A stretch of DNA of 20,000 nucleotides, taken from the NCBI GenBank assembly GCA_048213135.1, contig PS015063.1:150973-170972 (forward strand), in the 5' to 3' direction. A model generated the notes under the pieces. It saw only the letters and a list, made by a program, of their open reading frames with translations. It was not told the DNA's origin and did no database searches. The translations under genes and the position numbers were made by a program. The DNA comes from Reclinomonas americana ATCC 50394 (Eukaryota). Of this stretch, positions 15,755 to 20,000 are shown piece after piece (position 1 is the stretch's first letter; each line of letters begins with the position of its first letter).

Positions 15755-17690
15755 CAACGAANNNNNNNNNNNNNNNNNNNNNNNNNNNNNNNNNNNNNNN
15801 NCATGAGAGATGATACAAGAGGAGAAGGAAGAGAAGAGTGGGTACTGACGAACCACGTGGTGAGTTGCGCCAGGTAGGCGGGGCTGTTGAGGGGGAGGCC
15901 GGTGGCTGGAGAGGGGGGACTTTGAGACTGACTGGGCGTGATGATAGGTGCGGAGAGCAACAGACGATTCCAGAAGATTCTAAAACACGAAAAAGTTACA
16001 AAGCCATTGCCCGCCACAAACCTCGCCCAGCCTCCAGTGCCGTCTTGATGACTGCATGATCGGCTTCATTCTCAGCCTGCAGACGCAGTTCAGTGACACC
16101 GCGCACAATCAACGAAGACAAAGCAGACACACACCCGCAGACGCAAAGGCCAAGCGCCAGCACTGATGTTTTGGCGAACATTACGCGGCGTGCGCTGCAT
16201 CGCCAGACGCACAGACTCGCGAGCCTGCACGCGCAGCGGTTGTGTAAGCAGGCGGGGCAAGACCAAGGTGTCGCCACGGTCACGCAACTGCACGCTTCTT
16301 GAACATAATGGTCTCCCACTCCTCGCCCAGGCGCTTGTACTCGGTGACGAGTGCACGCGTTTTCTTGGCCTGCAGTCGGCGACGGAACAGCACCACCTGT
16401 CGCACACGCTCGCGCACCAGGGTGTTGTAGTCGAGTCGACTGAGCACGGCCGAGGATTCACCAGTGGGGCCTGCGCGACGCGATGAACATTATTCTCTTT
16501 CCCCCAGAACATGTAGCGACAAGGAACACAAACCATCGTCTTCATCGTCGTCTGCAGCCGCCAGCGAGGCCTCCTTTGCTCGCTGCTGTGTCTCATGCAG
16601 GCACTGCAGTGCGCGCTTCAACGTCTGCACACATCGAGGTGAGGTGCCTGAGAAAGAGTGAGCGACTGCAGAGACACTCGTGCCGCACCGATGGATCGTC
16701 ATCATCGACGACCGTGTCGCGGTCCATCTCCAGCAGCTTCGGGGCGACAAGCACATGTGCCCACTTGGCGCGCTTGCGGTTCTCGAGGGCCACGGTCTCG
16801 GCCCAGCGCAGGGGGCGCGGTTTCTTGGCTTCGGGGGCGGTGGGCTCCGTCGACACGGAGGTGGCGGTGGTGTTGGAGGAGCTCAGGCCTGGTCGAGGGG
16901 GCAAGAAGGGGGGAAGGGGGGGGAGGGGAAAGGAGGGAAGGGGGTGAATGGGAGAAGGGAGAGATAAGAGGAGAGGGATGGGGAGATGCGGTAAGGCGAG
17001 ACGGAGAGAGGTTGTGGATCACGATGACGGGTTACGGGGTCAAGAGCAGGAAGGTGAAGAGGATGTGGCAACAGAACGATGGCGAGGAAGCAAACGTGGA
17101 TGAGAGGCGAGGAGNNNNNNNNNNNNNNNNNNNNNNNNNNNNNNNNNNNNNNNNNNNNNNNNNNNNNNNNNNNNNNNNNNNNNNNNNNNNNNNNNNNNNN
17201 NNNNNNNNNNNNNNNNNNNNNNNNNNNNNNNNNNNNNNNNNNNNNNNNNNNNNNNNNNNNNNNNNNNNNNNNNNNNNNNNNNNNNNNNNNNNNNNNNNNN
17301 NNNNNNNNNNNNNNNNNNNNNNNNNNNNNNNNNNNNNNNNNNNNNNNNNNNNNNNNNNNNNNNNNNNNNNNNNNNNNNNNNNNNNNNNNNNNNNNNNNNN
17401 NNNNNNNNNNNNNNNNNNNNNNNNNNNNNNNNNNNNNNNNNNNNNNNNNNNNNNNNNNNNNNNNNNNNNNNNNNNNNNNNNNNNNNNNNNNNNNNNNNNN
17501 NNNNNNNNNNNNNNNNNNNNNNNNNNNNNNNNNNNNNNNNNNNNNNNNNNNNNNNNNNNNNNNNNNNNNNNNNNNNNNNNNNNNNNNNNNNNNNNNNNNN
17601 NNNNNNTTACATGATGCAAGGAGATGGGAAGACAAAAGATTGGAAATCAGAAAACCCCAGCAACAACAGAAGACGATCTCACTAATTGAG

Positions 17691-17746
<56 letters not shown>

Positions 17747-19666
17747 CGAGAACAGAATCAGCAGAAGGGACCGCTGGACAACCGACCACCCACTTTGATT
17801 GCACACCCCNNNNNNNNNNNNNNNNNNNNNNNNNNNNNNNNNNNNNNNNNNNNNNNNNNNNNNNNNNNNNNNNNNNNNNNNNNNNNNNNNNNNNNNNNNN
17901 NNNNNNNNNNNNNNNNNNNNAATCGACTCACCCGCTGCATCGCCTCCCGCCGCCAACTGCCTCGATTCCTCCTCGGCGCGCGCCAGTCGATCCTTCTCCT
18001 GCTGCTCACGCTGCCGCTGCGCCTGCAGTCGCCACTCGTGCTGCTCGCGCAGCTGCGAAATCGACTTGCGCATGGCAATCATGTCGACCTCGCTCTTGGT
18101 GATGTCGAGATCGATGCGATCAATGGCCTGCAACAGCTCGTCCTTGGTCGGCAACTGCGGGCGATCCACCAACGGCGGCAGCGGGCCGGTCTCGGCCGTG
18201 TCCGCGCCACCCGCCGCCGTGCCCGACAGCGGTGGGAGGGATGACGACGAGGAGGCCGACTGCAGCGGAGGTGGAGGCGGCAGCGGTGGTGGTGGGTGGG
18301 AGGGAGGTGGATGCGCGTGCATGTATTGCGGTGACGGCACACTGTCCACCAGGTGGCTCGGCAGTGTCAGCGGCGGCGGTGGGGCCTTGGAGAAGAATGG
18401 AGAGCGCCGAGGTGATGGGGCAGTGGCTTGCGACGAGGCCGGCGTGGTTGGAGGAGGAGGTGGTGGTGCAGAGGCCGAGGCGGGCGACGCCGACGACGGG
18501 GACGGCTGGGAGACGCCGCCGGGTGTCAGTGGTCCGCCGCGTGAGAGGCCAGAGAGAGGGGGTGGTGGGTAGCGCTGCGCGAGGGGGGTAAGAGAGATGG
18601 GGGGAAAGGGAAGAAGAAAGAGGTGGGGAGGGGAGTAGGGAGGCGCAACGTCACGCGAAGGGGGGATGGCAGGTGGTGGTCCACTGCTACCGCGGTACGG
18701 ACCGGCATCACGGGGTGGGGAGTCGACGCGACGGCGTTTCAGCATGGAGCCGTCGTCGCTGCCGCCTCGGGAGTAGGCCACCTGGGGGGATCACAAAGGG
18801 ATGAGAGAGTGTGGGAAGCATGGAGAAGCAGACATCGAAGTTGAAGAATATTAGATGCGCGAATGAAGGGAGAAGCAAATGAGCGATCGGAGACAGAGGC
18901 AATCGTCCAGGGAGAAGAATATCAGATGCGCGAATGAAAGGAGAAGCAGATAAAGGATCGACGACTGTAAAAGATGGGAAAATGAAACAGCAAAGATCGA
19001 GGAATGACGATATGCAATGCATCTATACAGCACGCGAGTCAGCGACAGCACAATCGACAGCATGTCAAAGCTCAACTTCCGTGACAAGCTCTCGTGTGTG
19101 ATTTCCTTCAAGACGACTGACAAACGATCGACAGCAAGGATCGAGGAATCATGATGTGCAACACAAACAATACAGTCCATGGACGAGTCGGCGACAGCTC
19201 GCACAGGAATGCGACGAAAGTCAAAGCTCGGCATGAAGGAAATCTCTCTCTGTCTCTCTCTCTCTCATACAAACACGCACGCACGCACGCACAGGATTCC
19301 TCTACAACCACCGAACTCGCGCGACAACTATACGCTCAAAGAGGCACCCTCACGAAAACATAAAAATCCTCATGACACACAAGAGTTTCCTCTTCTCAAC
19401 CAACGTGCTGGTAGTGTACACACACGAGTGCTGCGAATATCCACTTGCGCCTCTCATGACCAACTCACCCCTGCGTACGCCGACGATGGATTGCTGCGCG
19501 TGATAATCGGCAAGTCGGGATCGCGTTCCGAGCGCTTGCCGGTTCCCCTCAGTGCGGTCGGCTGTGGTGGTGGCGAGGAGCCACGATACGACGATGATGA
19601 AGAGGAGGAACCCGAGGCGGAGGGAGGCAGAGCCCGTGATGAGCCGGACGGGGGACCGCGTGGCCA
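13510..19666 (-). CDS. Nuclear receptor corepressor-like (N-CoR/SMRT/Snt1 family N-terminal, GPS2/TBL1-interacting region) protein; both ends unresolved, about 1030 aa visible
   Basis: Phase-consistent exons 19666-19469, 18781-18650, 18574-17932, 16888-16689, 16624-16534, 16470-16289, 16224-16135, 16076-16022, 15905-15854, 15392-14969, 14905-14683, 14614-14442, 14379-14277, 14217-14113, 14049-13940, 13869-13765, 13709-13510. Motifs occur in N-CoR order (N-CoR sequence recalled, not searched): TKDELLQAIDRIDLDITKSE ~ SKEELIQSMDRVDREIAKVE; VALENRKRAKWAH ~ IYDENRKKAEEAH; LVTEYKRLGEEWE ~ ICQRYDQLMEAWE; LLNIPPM...FFALNGL ~ LSVIPPM...FINMNGL. Basic NLS-like stretches: LKRRRV, PAKKKRR. Confidence 0.75.
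15689..15752. repeat. (AC)n microsatellite, intronic
   Basis: Perfect AC run of about 60 bp. Confidence 0.95.
18840..19165. repeat. Short degenerate direct repeats in an intron of the N-CoR-like gene
   Basis: gaagaatat(t/c)agatgcgcgaatgaa(g/a)ggagaagca at about 18843 and 18914; cagcaa(a/g)gatcgaggaat at about 18988 and 19132. Confidence 0.7.
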
Positions 19667-20000
19667 CTGCGTGAGAGACAGGATTCAGAAATCGACGGAC
19701 ATAGAAGAGAAAGATGCTGACCACAATGTGGAAGGGATGACATACACAGGGCAGAAACGCATTCACAAACATGCAGAGGACTGCATCCCTCGATCTCTGC
19801 TTCTCTCCCTCTCGCCCAGTGTGTGTGTGTGTGTGTGAGCGTGTGCACGGGTAAGTCAACACATTCTCGACAAAATCCAAACGCCTCTCACTGGCTGCAT
19901 CCCTCTGCGTCTCTCTATCTCTATCTCATTGTGTGTGCGTGTACGCGTGCGTGAATAAATCAGTGAAGCGCTGCATCCCTAGTGTCTCAAAATTGTTCGC

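Noticed and set aside
15996-16596. Cys-rich PHD/zinc-finger-like peptides in the ORF track
   Set aside because: Off-frame and intron read-through; the N-CoR-like frame explains the region.
16883-18781. 632-aa ORF and other long ORFs containing X, RERERE or SLSLSL runs
   Set aside because: They read through introns, microsatellites and N gaps; only the exon parts are credible.
19350-19880. Minus-strand ORF with an apparent transmembrane segment (LGFLLFIIVVSWLL)
   Set aside because: It is an alternative frame of the Ser/Pro-rich exon 19666-19469, which splices in phase into the N-CoR-like gene.

Overview
Intron-rich eukaryotic genomic DNA, probably a unicellular eukaryote (the organism cannot be named from sequence alone), from a gapped assembly with 454-style TACG artefacts. 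The ORF track is misleading, so I assembled four spliced genes by hand with consistent intron phases. (1) A minus-strand secreted or surface beta-helix protein with Pmp-like GGA/FxxN repeats, running off the left edge. (2) A tiny plus-strand SRF/Mcm1-type MADS-box factor, head-to-head with gene 1. (3) A minus-strand classical SDR whose catalytic Tyr is replaced by Val. (4) A large minus-strand N-CoR/SMRT/Snt1-like protein with no recognisable SANT domain in the visible exons. The most striking signal is a second class of 5' splice site, GTTGCG (7 of 44 inferred donors). It is used only after exons that do not end in G and looks like the G|GTGCG donor shifted by one base. All gene models are manual and lack transcript support.
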